From NCBI GenBank assembly GCA_022510525.1, contig JAFLTH010000004.1, positions 3,248 through 67,247 on the forward strand: a stretch of 64,000 nt of DNA, given 5' to 3'. Position 1 is the stretch's first letter. Every line of letters starts with the position of its first letter. The position numbers and the translations under genes were made by a program. This DNA is from Lachnospiraceae bacterium (GTDB lineage: Bacteria; Bacillota; Clostridia; Lachnospirales; Lachnospiraceae). Positions 28,545 through 38,680 of the stretch are shown piece by piece. The notes under the pieces are model-generated. The model was not told the origin of the DNA. It ran no database searches and saw only the letters and a list, made by a program, of their open reading frames with translations.

Positions 28545-28658
28545 CACAATAACTCCTAAATATTTATATTTTATCAATATTTCAGCATCATTTATAAAAT
28601 AACACTTTTTTACTATAATTGTCAATAATAAGTGGGCAAATTCCCTAAGAAATTTAAG

Positions 28659-29168
28659 TTAATTCTCCTCCAAATCCGCTCCGTATTTTTCCTCTTCCAT
28701 CCTCGCTATTTTATCAAAGGCCGGAATCATACTACGGCTTTTAATATATATGACATATCCTATAAACACTCCGAAACAATTAAGGATAATATCATCAACA
28801 TCAAATGCCCCTAAAGAAGTAAAACACTGAAAGAGTTCAATTCCAAGCACAAGAACAAATGCATTTAAAAGTACAGACCCAAAGTTCTTTAACTTTGCAT
28901 TCGTAAGCGGAAGCATCATCCCAAAAGGCACAAATGCAAGTATATTTCCGACCAGATTTTCAAAGCTGTTGAGCCTGTCGGAATATTCTATATACATTTT
29001 AATAGTTTTAAACGGCATAAAATTAGCAGACTCAAGCCCCTCAATGAACACTTCCGACTGCCAGGAGGAGATAATCCCGACAAGCTGCTCATACGGATAC
29101 TTGAAAATTATTAGTTTTATAAGAATCAATATATAAATAACAAATGATATTTTAATCCATTTTTGCAC
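28659..29168 (-). CDS. VanZ-family membrane protein
   Basis: NFMPFKTI...NLVGNILAFVPFG...IELFQ...FDVDDIILN; GTG start after AAGGAG. Confidence 0.88.
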   Translation of the reverse strand: MQKWIKISFVIYILILIKLIIFKYPYEQLVGIISSWQSEVFIEGLESANFMPFKTIKMYIEYSDRLNSFENLVGNILAFVPFGMMLPLTNAKLKNFGSVLLNAFVLVLGIELFQCFTSLGAFDVDDIILNCFGVFIGYVIYIKSRSMIPAFDKIARMEEEKYGADLEEN

Positions 29169-29279
29169 TTTTGCTCTCCTTTTATTGCAGTATAAACACC
29201 ATATGATAACAATCCCTGTTATATAATTATATCCCTCAAACTGCAATAATAGTATAACCCACTGAATTATGGAGCAAAT

Positions 29280-30419
29280 TTACTTCTCCCCGTTATCAAA
29301 CCGTCTGAAATTGTTAAATCCCTCAATCAATATATTGATGCTTTCTCTTGTAGTATCAAAGACACCCTCTTCATATAGATTTACAAATATTATACCTATC
29401 GGTAAAGCAAGAATAAGTCCGATGATACCCGCCACCCTGTATCCGATATAAAGCAAAAATATTGTCGGAATAGGATGAAATCCTATGGAATCGCCCATAA
29501 TCTTAGGCTGTATTACCTGTCGCACTATCTGACCTATGCACCATATGATAAGCAATCCCACCGCCGTCTTGTACCGGCCGCCGAGTATCTCTACAACTGC
29601 CCAGGGAATCATAATCGTACCTGCTCCGAATACCGGCAGGAAATCCATAAAAGCAATGCCGACGGCAATAACAAATGCATAATCTATTCCCAGTATCATA
29701 AGTCCGATGAACGTTATCAGATATACCCATATTTCTATCTTAAACTGGGCCTTAAAATAACCGCCTATGGCATTCGTAAAGCTTCTTCGTACTATATTAA
29801 TACGATAGTAGATTGATTGCGGCATATACTTATTCACGAATTCCGACAGATATGCTCTATCGGCAACAAAGAAATATGCGGATAAAAGTGTCATAATTAT
29901 TGCCATAAATATATCGGGAAGCTGTTTCGCAAAATTGCCGACCGCGGTAAAAGTAGGCGTACCGATACCACTTATAAAATCGGAGAAATATCTTTCAAGT
30001 TCATTGCCTACATTAACGAGCCTGTTCTGCAATTCAACAGGAAGTCTCTTATATAGCCCGCTTAAGTTGGCGCCTACCTGATTAAATTCGTTTTCAACAT
30101 TCTTCCATAAAGTAGGTATTTCATTTATAAAACTGTCAGTCTCCCTTATCAGTCTTGCGCCGACACCGTATACAAGCAGGACCACGGCGGCCAGAACCGC
30201 AATTATCACAAAAGCGGAGACTGCTTTTCTTTTTATTCTTATTTTTTCCTCAAGAAATCTTACAAGCGGAGCCGCAATCAGGGAAATAACATATCCGATG
30301 ATAAAAGGCATAAAAAACGCTATGAGCCAGGGCAGCAAGAATATGCACAAAACCAGAATGACCAATGTAGTCAATATATTCAGTATTGCCTTTATATATG
30401 TTCGCATTTCTCGTTTCAT
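29280..30419 (-). CDS. ytvI: Sporulation integral membrane protein YtvI (AI-2E family)
   Basis: GYFKAQ, DFLPVFGAG, RQVIQPKIMG..IG.HP. Confidence 0.85.
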   Translation of the reverse strand: MKREMRTYIKAILNILTTLVILVLCIFLLPWLIAFFMPFIIGYVISLIAAPLVRFLEEKIRIKRKAVSAFVIIAVLAAVVLLVYGVGARLIRETDSFINEIPTLWKNVENEFNQVGANLSGLYKRLPVELQNRLVNVGNELERYFSDFISGIGTPTFTAVGNFAKQLPDIFMAIIMTLLSAYFFVADRAYLSEFVNKYMPQSIYYRINIVRRSFTNAIGGYFKAQFKIEIWVYLITFIGLMILGIDYAFVIAVGIAFMDFLPVFGAGTIMIPWAVVEILGGRYKTAVGLLIIWCIGQIVRQVIQPKIMGDSIGFHPIPTIFLLYIGYRVAGIIGLILALPIGIIFVNLYEEGVFDTTRESINILIEGFNNFRRFDNGEK

Positions 30420-30472
30420 AATTACCTCCACATCGGAACTTTGCTGCTATGTCATACACTCCACATGCCGGC

Positions 30473-31060
30473 TCAATCCTGCAGCATCTCATCTATGAGC
30501 TCATAAATCTCGTCCCGCCCCTGCTTTGAAAGCGCCGAATAGGGTATGACAGTAGTGTCACTTTCTACGTCAAGCGTGTCACAAATCAGTTTTATCTGTT
30601 TATTTATCTGGCTTTTCTTAATCTTATCCAGCTTGGTTGCAATAATAATCGGTTTATGTCCTCTGTTAACAATCCAGTCATACATTATGCGGTCATTTTC
30701 CGATGGAGCATGTCTTATATCTATCAATAAAAAGACTGCCTTTAACATTTTTGACCGATGCAGATAATCTTCAATCAGCTTCCCCCATTGTGCTTTGACC
30801 TTCTCATTTGCAACCGCATATCCATAACCCGGCAAATCCACAAAATACAGTCTGTCGTTTATATTATAATAATTTATCGTCTGGGTCTTTCCCGGTTTGG
30901 AGCTGGTTCTCGCCAGCGATTTACGATTCATAAGTCCGTTTATCAAGGAAGACTTACCCACGTTACTTTTTCCGGCAAAGGCGATTTCCATAAGTTTATT
31001 ATCCGGAATCTTACTTGTAACGCCGCAGACCTTTTCCAGATTCACACTCTTAATTACCAT
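30473..31060 (-). CDS. engB: Ribosome biogenesis GTPase YihA/YsxC
   Basis: GKSNVGKSS, PGKT, DLPGYG, TKLD. Confidence 0.97.
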   Translation of the reverse strand: MVIKSVNLEKVCGVTSKIPDNKLMEIAFAGKSNVGKSSLINGLMNRKSLARTSSKPGKTQTINYYNINDRLYFVDLPGYGYAVANEKVKAQWGKLIEDYLHRSKMLKAVFLLIDIRHAPSENDRIMYDWIVNRGHKPIIIATKLDKIKKSQINKQIKLICDTLDVESDTTVIPYSALSKQGRDEIYELIDEMLQD

Positions 31061-31138
31061 CTCAATCCCCCATTCCTGCCAATACCTACTAATGCCGAAA
31101 ACGCCGCCCGGATTTCCCGGCGACGTCTTTGCAAGATA

Positions 31139-32395
31139 TTATTCTGCCTGCAATAATCGGTTCCGATAATGGACAATCGGTGCACTCTTTCCCTCCACGG
31201 CATCCCTTGTGAGTATACATTCCGATATATTATCATCTGACGGAATTTCGTACATAATATCCATCATAACATTTTCCATAATGGAACGGAGTCCTCTTGC
31301 CCCTGTCTTTCTTTCGTATGCAAGGCCGGCAATTGCATCAATTGCCTCATCCTCAACCTGGAGACTTACTTCATCGAATTCAAACAACTTCTTATATTGC
31401 TTGACAAGCGCATTTTTAGGTTCTTTAAGAATCCTGATAAGCGCATCCTTATCCAGTCCCTCCAATGTTACCGTAATCGGCACACGACCGATAAATTCCG
31501 GAATCAGTCCGAATTTCATCAAATCCTGCGGAGCCGTCTCCTTTAATATTTCACCGATATCCTTGTTGCTTTTTTCGGTAATCTTTGCACTGAAACCGAT
31601 AGAGTTTCTGTTAAGCCTTGACTCAACGATTTTTTCAAGGCCGTCAAAAGCTCCGCCACAGATAAACAGGATATTGGAAGTATCAATCTGCAAAAGTTCC
31701 TGATGAGGATGCTTTCTGCCACCCTGGGGCGGTACGCTTGCCACCGTTCCCTCAATGATTTTAAGCAGTGCCTGTTGTACACCCTCTCCGGAAACGTCTC
31801 TGGTAATTGAAACATTTTCGCTTTTCTTGGTAATCTTATCAATCTCATCAATATATATGATTCCAAATTGAGCTCTGTCTATATCATAATCGGCAGCCTG
31901 AATAAGCTTAAGCAGAATATTTTCCACATCTTCGCCGACATAGCCTGCCTCGGTAAGTGTCGTGGCATCCGCAATAGCAAAAGGAACATTGATTATCTTT
32001 GCCAGTGTCTGTGCCAGATAGGTCTTACCCGAACCCGTAGGTCCGATCATTATGATATTGCTCTTTTGCAGCTCCACACCGTCACTATCCTGCGGAGCCG
32101 TCACTCTCTTGTAATGATTGTATACGGAAACCGCCAGAACTTTTTTGGCGTCTTCCTGACCGATTACATAATCATCCAGAAACTTTTTGATCTCAACCGG
32201 CTTTAAGAGGTTTATCTCCACCTCTTCGGTTTCATTTTCTTCTTCATACTCTTCTTCAATGATGTCTGCACATATGTCCACACACTCATCACAGATATAT
32301 ACATTCCCCGGACCTGCTATCATCTTCCTCACCTGGTCCTGGGCTTTATTACAAAAAGAACATCTTACTTTATCGTCAGAATTTCTTCCTGCCAT
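31139..32395 (-). CDS. clpX: ClpX ATPase
   Basis: CSFC/CDEC zinc finger, [23 protein letters not shown] loop, TGARGLR. Confidence 0.98.
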   Translation of the reverse strand: MAGRNSDDKVRCSFCNKAQDQVRKMIAGPGNVYICDECVDICADIIEEEYEEENETEEVEINLLKPVEIKKFLDDYVIGQEDAKKVLAVSVYNHYKRVTAPQDSDGVELQKSNIIMIGPTGSGKTYLAQTLAKIINVPFAIADATTLTEAGYVGEDVENILLKLIQAADYDIDRAQFGIIYIDEIDKITKKSENVSITRDVSGEGVQQALLKIIEGTVASVPPQGGRKHPHQELLQIDTSNILFICGGAFDGLEKIVESRLNRNSIGFSAKITEKSNKDIGEILKETAPQDLMKFGLIPEFIGRVPITVTLEGLDKDALIRILKEPKNALVKQYKKLFEFDEVSLQVEDEAIDAIAGLAYERKTGARGLRSIMENVMMDIMYEIPSDDNISECILTRDAVEGKSAPIVHYRNRLLQAE

Positions 32396-32418
32396 ATTAC
32401 TAAAACCATGCCTTTCCT

Positions 32419-33027
32419 TTACTCTTTCTTAGTCTCCGCCGCCTCGGCATGATTAGTTATTACACGATCAATCAAACCGTATTCAAGAGCCTCCTGCGCG
32501 GATTTCCAATTGTCACGCTCCGTATCTGCCGCTATCACTTCATAATCCTGTCCGGTATTATCTGACAGAATCTTATTCAGCTTCTCTTTGGTCTTAAGAA
32601 TATGCTTAGCTGCAATTTCAATCTCGGTTGCCTGTCCTTTGGCTCCGCCAAGCGGCTGATGGATCATAATCTCAGCATTGGGAAGTGCCATTCTCTTGCC
32701 CTTTGCCCCGCCGGCAAGCAAAAATGCACCCATACTTGCCGCCATACCGATACATACGGTTGACACATCACACTTGATAAACTGCATAGTATCATAAATT
32801 GCCATACCTGCTGTTACCGAGCCGCCCGGACTGTTGATATAAAGGCTGATATCCTTCTCCGGATCCTCGGATTCCAAAAACAGCATCTGTGCAACTACCA
32901 GACTTGCCGTTGTTTCATTAACCTCTTCACCCAGAAAAATTATTCTTTCTTTTAAAAGTCTTGAATATATATCATAGGAGCGTTCCCCTTTAGAGGTCTG
33001 CTCAATGACGTAAGGTACTAATGGCAT
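32419..33027 (-). CDS. clpP: Clp protease proteolytic subunit
   Basis: [25 protein letters not shown]. Confidence 0.98.
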   Translation of the reverse strand: MPLVPYVIEQTSKGERSYDIYSRLLKERIIFLGEEVNETTASLVVAQMLFLESEDPEKDISLYINSPGGSVTAGMAIYDTMQFIKCDVSTVCIGMAASMGAFLLAGGAKGKRMALPNAEIMIHQPLGGAKGQATEIEIAAKHILKTKEKLNKILSDNTGQDYEVIAADTERDNWKSAQEALEYGLIDRVITNHAEAAETKKE

Positions 33028-33077
33028 ATCAATTCCTCCATTTCAATTACGTTATTAAATATACGCTTTTACGCCAA

Positions 33078-34364
33078 TTATTTTTCCTTGGCATTTTCTA
33101 CAACAAACTCTGCGGCTTTCCTGATGGCCAGATCTTTCCTGATATTCTTAGCCTCTTTCTCACCAAGCATCTCTTTGACTTTGTCGGCCTCCATCTGATA
33201 AGCCTCCGCCATAGCTTCTATCTCTTTATCATATTCTTCATCCGTTACTTCGATCTTCTCAGCGTCCACAACGGCTTCCAGTACAAGTCTGGACTTAACT
33301 CTCTTTTCAGCCTGAGGTTTCATCTGCTCAACCATCTGGTTATAATTGGTTCCCGTAAACTGGAAATACTGTTCCATTGCAAGTCCCTGCATAGATATTC
33401 TCTGTGCAAACTCATCCACCATCTGTCTTTGCTGTGTCTCTATCATAGCCTCCGGAATGTCCATTTCAGCCGTCTCTATGATGGCTTCTATAACGGCTTC
33501 CTCTTTGGCATCCTTAGCTTCCTTTTCTTTCTTTTCAAGAAGATTCTTCTTTACGTCTTCCTTATATTCCGCAAGAGTATCAAATTCCGATACTTCGCTG
33601 GCAAATTCATCATCGATCTCGGGAAGCTCTTTTTCTTTTATTTCCTTAACGGTACATTTGAAGACAGCTGCCTTGCCCTTCAAATTATCTGCGTGATAAT
33701 CCTCGGGGAACGTAACATTTACTTCCACTTCCTTGCCAATCTCAGCGCCGATAAGCTGCTCTTCAAAGCCGGGAATAAATGTACCCGAACCGATGGTCAG
33801 AGGATAATTCTCTCCCTTACCGCCGTCAAAAGCAACTCCGTCAACAAAGCCTTCAAAGTCAATTACAGTCATATCACCGTCTTTTACAGGTCTGTCTTCA
33901 ACTGCGATATTTCTTGCGTTATTATCTCTTTCTCTCTCTATTACTTCATTTATCTCATCTTCCGTAACATCAATATCAGCTTTATCTACTTTTACACCCT
34001 TGTATTTACCCAGTTTAACCTCGGGTTTCAAAGCAACGGTTGCCGTAAATATAAAAGGCTTGCCTGCTTCAATCTGAGTTACCTCTATCTGAGGATTGGA
34101 TACAATATCCTCTTCACACTCATCCAACGCTTTTTCATAAGCATCCGGAATCAGTGCATTGGCAGCATCCTCATAAAATACTTCTTTTCCATACATCTTC
34201 TCGATTATCTGGCGCGGAACCTTACCCTTTCTGAAACCGGGAATACTTATTCTGTTCTTCTGCTTCTGATAAGCCGACTCTATCGCTTTATCCAATTCCT
34301 CAGCACTGGCCTCAATAGTCAGTTTAGCCATATTCTTCTCTAATTTCTCTACCTGTAAACTCAT
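33078..34364 (-). CDS. tig: Trigger factor
   Basis: IPGFRKGKVP; FKBP domain FIPGFEEQL. Confidence 0.98.
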   Translation of the reverse strand: MSLQVEKLEKNMAKLTIEASAEELDKAIESAYQKQKNRISIPGFRKGKVPRQIIEKMYGKEVFYEDAANALIPDAYEKALDECEEDIVSNPQIEVTQIEAGKPFIFTATVALKPEVKLGKYKGVKVDKADIDVTEDEINEVIERERDNNARNIAVEDRPVKDGDMTVIDFEGFVDGVAFDGGKGENYPLTIGSGTFIPGFEEQLIGAEIGKEVEVNVTFPEDYHADNLKGKAAVFKCTVKEIKEKELPEIDDEFASEVSEFDTLAEYKEDVKKNLLEKKEKEAKDAKEEAVIEAIIETAEMDIPEAMIETQQRQMVDEFAQRISMQGLAMEQYFQFTGTNYNQMVEQMKPQAEKRVKSRLVLEAVVDAEKIEVTDEEYDKEIEAMAEAYQMEADKVKEMLGEKEAKNIRKDLAIRKAAEFVVENAKEK

Positions 34365-34477
34365 TGAATGATTTCCTCCTTAATCTTAGCTGCAGCGCTT
34401 TGGTCACAGCCATTTAAAAATTATATCACAATCCCTTGGAAAATACTAGCATTTCTTTTATATCGGTAATTCCGGGG

Positions 34478-35884
34478 CTATAATTCAATTTTGACTCCCC
34501 CCATTAATTCCATGTCCTCCGCCCTGTGGGTGGTTACAAGCAAGGTTTTGCCGCTGCTCCTTTCCAGAATATAGGCTGCCGTCTTTTCACGGTTTTCCTT
34601 ATCCAGCCCGTTAAAAGGTTCGTCCATAATTATAATTTCAGACTCGGAAAGCATCGCGCGGAGTATGGCACAACGTCTTTTCATTCCGCCGCTCAGTTCG
34701 CTTACCGGTTTCTCAAGACAGTCTTTTGGGAGAATCTTCGCGGCCTCTTCATATATGTCTTTAATTGATAATGACTCTTTTGCCGTTATCATAACATTTG
34801 TTATTGTATTATATTTCCCGCAGAGCCTGTCCTCCTGAAAAACCATTCCTATGCGGCAGTCATGTCCGTTCCCGCATTCAACGGTTCCGCGCTCCGGCTG
34901 CTCTATACGGTTGATAAGCTTAAGTAAAGTTGTTTTTCCGGCTCCGGAAGGGGCGGTAAGGCAATAATGTTCTCCCCGTTTAATTGTATACGAAAAATCG
35001 TCTATGACCTTCTGTCCGCCGTAGGATTTGCATACACCCTTCAATTCAATATCCGGCAAGCCACCTTTAATATCTTCGGCCGAGCTGTCAGGTATCACAC
35101 TTTTCCTAATGGGCGCGGGATTCCATGCATCAAAACATTTTACAATATACAGCACTGCCTTTTCAAAAGCAAAACTAAGAATAATCACGGTAAGGGTCCA
35201 TGAAAACAACCCGGCGGTATCAAGATATATTTTGGAAATATAGAGCCTTTCTCCCAGAGAATACTGCGGCATACCTATAACTTCCGCCGCAACTCCCGAC
35301 TTCCAGCTCATACCGAGGGATATTTTCAGCGCACTTATAAGATAAGGCATAAGCGCCGGTCTGTATATATATAAAAATCTGTTAAAATGTCCGATATGAA
35401 AAACTTCCGCCATTTCCAGCAGTTCCTTATCAGTACTTTTCAAACCTGAAACAGTATTTACGTATATATTCGGAAGTACTACGATGAAACTTATAAAAAA
35501 GGAAAGCCGTACAGAGCCGAACCATATAAGAAGCAGTACCACAAAGGAAACCACCGGTATAGATTTAAGAGTTGCCATAAGCGGCTCAAACAGCATTTCT
35601 ATAAATGCCCGTTTATAGGCAAGAACTCCTAAAAAAATCCCGATAAAGAGCGCCAGAAAAAATCCAAGTCCTATCCTTAACAATGAGAAAAGTACGATTT
35701 TCCAAAAATACGGCTCGGACAGATTATGCAAAAAGGCTTTTCCCGCCTGTATCGGACCGACCAAAAGTATATTGTTGTCTGTAACAACAGTCAAAATCTG
35801 CCATACACACAGCCAGAACAGGATGATTATACCTTTTTGCAGAATATCCTTCTTTTTATTTTTCTTCTGTTTATTATGATTCAC
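34478..35884 (-). CDS. Fused ABC permease + ATPase (NitT/TauT type)
   Basis: TM domain with SWKSGVAAE, then APSGAGKT, LSGGMKRR, MDEPF. Confidence 0.85.
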   Translation of the reverse strand: MNHNKQKKNKKKDILQKGIIILFWLCVWQILTVVTDNNILLVGPIQAGKAFLHNLSEPYFWKIVLFSLLRIGLGFFLALFIGIFLGVLAYKRAFIEMLFEPLMATLKSIPVVSFVVLLLIWFGSVRLSFFISFIVVLPNIYVNTVSGLKSTDKELLEMAEVFHIGHFNRFLYIYRPALMPYLISALKISLGMSWKSGVAAEVIGMPQYSLGERLYISKIYLDTAGLFSWTLTVIILSFAFEKAVLYIVKCFDAWNPAPIRKSVIPDSSAEDIKGGLPDIELKGVCKSYGGQKVIDDFSYTIKRGEHYCLTAPSGAGKTTLLKLINRIEQPERGTVECGNGHDCRIGMVFQEDRLCGKYNTITNVMITAKESLSIKDIYEEAAKILPKDCLEKPVSELSGGMKRRCAILRAMLSESEIIIMDEPFNGLDKENREKTAAYILERSSGKTLLVTTHRAEDMELMGGVKIEL

Positions 35885-35896
35885 AAAACACCTCTT

Positions 35897-37036
35897 TTAC
35901 GGAATGTAATAAAATTCATCATCAGGGAGCTTACTCCCTACAGAAGATGCGTCCGCCTCATATAAAACTTCAAGATAGCCGGATAATGCCTGTTTCATAT
36001 CATCCGAATCCATATATACAATGTTACAGTATGGCATAGCTTTTGCCGCTACCTGCGCTTTTTCAACAATCCCGTTTGCCGCCACAAGTTCTGCTGCAGA
36101 CTCAACGTTTTCATTTGCATAAGCTGCACTTTTTTTATGTTCTTCCATAAATTTGGAAACCGCATCTTCATGTTGTTGTAGAAATTCATTTCTTACAACA
36201 GTCACTCCCGTCACAAGGCTGCTGCCGCTTTCTCCCTGAACAGCCGCCCATTCTTCCGTCATATCCAAAACAACAGACAACGCCTCATTCTGCATAGATG
36301 CCGCCGTTACAAAAGGCTGCGGAAGCAGACCGATTGCATCGGGATTTTCGGCAAGCAGGGCTGCCACTTCGGTTGCTTCGGATTTATATTCCAGAGTCAA
36401 GTCATCAGTTGTAAGACCATTCTGAGTAAGAAGATACTGCAATACATAGTCCGGAGTAGTTCCTTTTCCCGTAAGGTAAAGAGTTTTTCCGCTCAAATCC
36501 GCAATAGAACCGATTGAATCATCACCGGATACCATATATAATACGCCCAGCGTATTTATATCAATAACCGAAATCCCTCCTTCAGTCTTGTTATACAAAA
36601 CACTTGCCACATTAGCCGGTACCAGTGCTATGTCCAAATCACCGGAAATCATTTTGGGAAGAAGTTCGTCCGCCGCAACTGTCATTGTAAAAGTATAATT
36701 GTTGGCGGTTTCACCTTTGTCTGCAAGGTCCATCAAGTAAACAAGTCCCATTGAAGTAGGGCCTTTCAAAGACCCTATATTAATATCTACGGCTTCATAG
36801 TCTGCATCTGCTACAGACCCCGTATCCGTTTCTACATCTGTATAAGGTTCTGTATCTGTTTCTACATTTGTATAAGGTTCTGTATCTGTTTCTACATTTG
36901 TATCAGGCTCTGTTACGACTGCTTTATTGCCACATCCTGTAAAAAGCACACATATAAGCATAATTGCCGTAATCATTGCTGCCGATAATCTTATTTTCTT
37001 TTTCATTACTTTTTTCATAATTGATTTCTTTTCCAT
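35897..37036 (-). CDS. ABC substrate-binding lipoprotein (NitT/TauT type)
   Basis: Lipobox LFTGC; LKGPTSMG, GKGTTP, LPQPFVT. Confidence 0.85.
   Translation of the reverse strand: MEKKSIMKKVMKKKIRLSAAMITAIMLICVLFTGCGNKAVVTEPDTNVETDTEPYTNVETDTEPYTDVETDTGSVADADYEAVDINIGSLKGPTSMGLVYLMDLADKGETANNYTFTMTVAADELLPKMISGDLDIALVPANVASVLYNKTEGGISVIDINTLGVLYMVSGDDSIGSIADLSGKTLYLTGKGTTPDYVLQYLLTQNGLTTDDLTLEYKSEATEVAALLAENPDAIGLLPQPFVTAASMQNEALSVVLDMTEEWAAVQGESGSSLVTGVTVVRNEFLQQHEDAVSKFMEEHKKSAAYANENVESAAELVAANGIVEKAQVAAKAMPYCNIVYMDSDDMKQALSGYLEVLYEADASSVGSKLPDDEFYYIP
36822..36913. repeat. In-frame 30-bp tandem repeat x3 encoding EP(D/Y)T(N/D)VETDT
   Basis: GTATC(C/T)GTTTCTACAT(C/T)TGTAT(A/C)AGG(T/C)TCT repeated three times. 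Confidence 0.92.
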
Positions 37037-37073
37037 TTCTCATACTCCTCTATTTTACATATGTTTATATATG

Positions 37074-37114
37074 AAAAAAGCTATGCAAATGAATTGGCCA
37101 TTCGCATAGCTTCT
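37074..37114 (-). terminator. Terminator after the SASP gene
   Basis: AAGCTATGCGAATG/CATTTGCATAGCTT stem followed by a T run on the minus strand. Confidence 0.8.
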
Positions 37115-37137
37115 TTCTATCTTTTTAAAAACAGGTG

Positions 37138-37338
37138 TTATTTCATCTGCTCTTCCTGTTTCTTGATCATTCTACGAACCATCTCACCACCGATAGAACC
37201 TGCTTCTTTAGATGTCAGGTCACCATTGTAACCTTCTTTTAAGTTAACACCTAACTCAGAAGCAACCTCAGTCTTAAAACGATTCATAGCTGCCTTAGCT
37301 TCTGGAACTTCAACTCTATTAGTTCTGTTACTTGCCAT
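37138..37338 (-). CDS. Alpha/beta-type small acid-soluble spore protein
   Basis: KTEVASELGV...GDLTSKEAGSIGGEMVRRMI; GGAGGTG RBS. Confidence 0.95.
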   Translation of the reverse strand: MASNRTNRVEVPEAKAAMNRFKTEVASELGVNLKEGYNGDLTSKEAGSIGGEMVRRMIKKQEEQMK

Positions 37339-37383
37339 TTTCTTTCACCTCCGAAAATACATTCATCTTTTATCTATATTTGA

Positions 37384-37480
37384 GATAAGCGATTTGAAAT
37401 CGCTTATCCCAGAATAGTAGATATTAATCCGAAACCGGATTACGTTATCTGTTCAAGCGAGTTCGTATCACTTATCTTGA
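37384..37480 (-). other. Structured 5' leader of the SASP gene (three hairpins)
   Basis: Stems 37384-37408 (perfect 12-bp arms), 37419-37450 and 37453-37480. Confidence 0.6.
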
Positions 37481-37483
37481 TGT

Positions 37484-37512
37484 TAGTATGAACGGATTGA
37501 AAAAAAATATTT
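37484..37512 (-). promoter_or_regulatory. Putative forespore sigma-G promoter
   Basis: CATACTA (-10 consensus) at 37484-90 on the minus strand; weak AAATA -35 about 17 bp upstream. Confidence 0.55.
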
Positions 37513-37534
37513 TGGTAAGTTTTAGCAATATTAT

Positions 37535-38083
37535 TTAATTAAAAACAATTTTTTCCTTCATTGAAGCAGCTTCATTATCACCTTTTAATTCCTTAAGTAT
37601 AGTGAGCGCAAACGGAATCGCCGTTCCCATACCGCGGCCTGTAATGACTTTACCGTCAACAACCGACGGTTCTTTTGTTACGTCCGCGCCTTCAAGATGG
37701 CTTTCAAACGTCGGATATGAGCAGGCCTTTTTTCCCTTTAAAATACCCTTGTGACCGAAAATACTTGGAGCCGCACAGATTGCTGCAATATACTTTCCTT
37801 TATTGTAGAAATCATCTATTTTGTCCATAAGCGGTTCAAAAGCTTCAAGGTTTTTTGTTCCCGGCATTCCACCCGGAAGAACCAGCATATCGATGCTGTC
37901 AAAATCAACTTCCTTAAATAGTTTGTCCATTTCTACGGTAATATTGTGTGAACCGGTTACTTTTTTATCATCGGTAATTGAAACCATATCGACATCAATA
38001 CTTGCACGACGAAGAATGTCCACTACGGTCAATGCTTCTATTTCTTCGAAGCCGGTTGCAAAAAAAACGCATACTTTACTCAT
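37535..38083 (-). CDS. DJ-1/PfpI (YajL/ThiJ) family protein
   Basis: GFEEIEA, LPGGMPG, AICAAP, ITGRGMG. Confidence 0.92.
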   Translation of the reverse strand: MSKVCVFFATGFEEIEALTVVDILRRASIDVDMVSITDDKKVTGSHNITVEMDKLFKEVDFDSIDMLVLPGGMPGTKNLEAFEPLMDKIDDFYNKGKYIAAICAAPSIFGHKGILKGKKACSYPTFESHLEGADVTKEPSVVDGKVITGRGMGTAIPFALTILKELKGDNEAASMKEKIVFN

Positions 38084-38153
38084 TTTGGGGTACCTCTTCT
38101 TTCTTAAATAATATATAATATAAAAAACAATCGATGAACAAAGGAGCCCTACT

Positions 38154-38645
38154 ATGGAAATCGAACGTAAATTTACGGTAAAAACTATACCGGTCAATTT
38201 AGACCAATATCAGTTCCATACTATTGAGCAGGCGTATTTGAATACCGACCCTGTTGTCAGAATACGGAAAGAGGACGATAATTACTACCTGACCTACAAA
38301 GGTAAGGGTCTCATGGCAAGGGAGGAATATAATCTCCCGCTAAACGAGCAGTCTTACTATCATCTCCGTGAAAAAGCAGACGGAAATGTAATAGCCAAAA
38401 AACGTTATCTCATTCCGATTGAAAATCCGACATTTGTGTCAGATTTCCAATATTCTGTTGACCAAATCAGTCTTACCATAGAACTGGATATTTTTGAAGC
38501 TCCGTTTGAAAATCTTATAATTGCCGAGGTGGAATTTCCTGATGAAAAAACCGCCAAGGCTTTTATGCCGGTTGACTGGTTTCTGGATGATGTAACAAAC
38601 AATCCGGAATACCACAATTCCAATTTAAGCCGGAAAAAATTATAA
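38154..38645 (+). CDS. CYTH-domain protein
   Basis: EIERKF, VRIRK, TYKG, AEVEF. Confidence 0.9.
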   Translation: MEIERKFTVKTIPVNLDQYQFHTIEQAYLNTDPVVRIRKEDDNYYLTYKGKGLMAREEYNLPLNEQSYYHLREKADGNVIAKKRYLIPIENPTFVSDFQYSVDQISLTIELDIFEAPFENLIIAEVEFPDEKTAKAFMPVDWFLDDVTNNPEYHNSNLSRKKL

Positions 38646-38680
38646 TACAACGAATATCAAACTTTAAAACGTTAATGCTT

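Noticed and set aside
28659-29168. vanZ as evidence of a glycopeptide resistance cluster
   Set aside because: No vanA/H/X/R/S genes; orphan VanZ-family genes are common
33021-34343. 440-aa plus-strand ORF
   Set aside because: Antisense shadow of tig with no recognisable motifs
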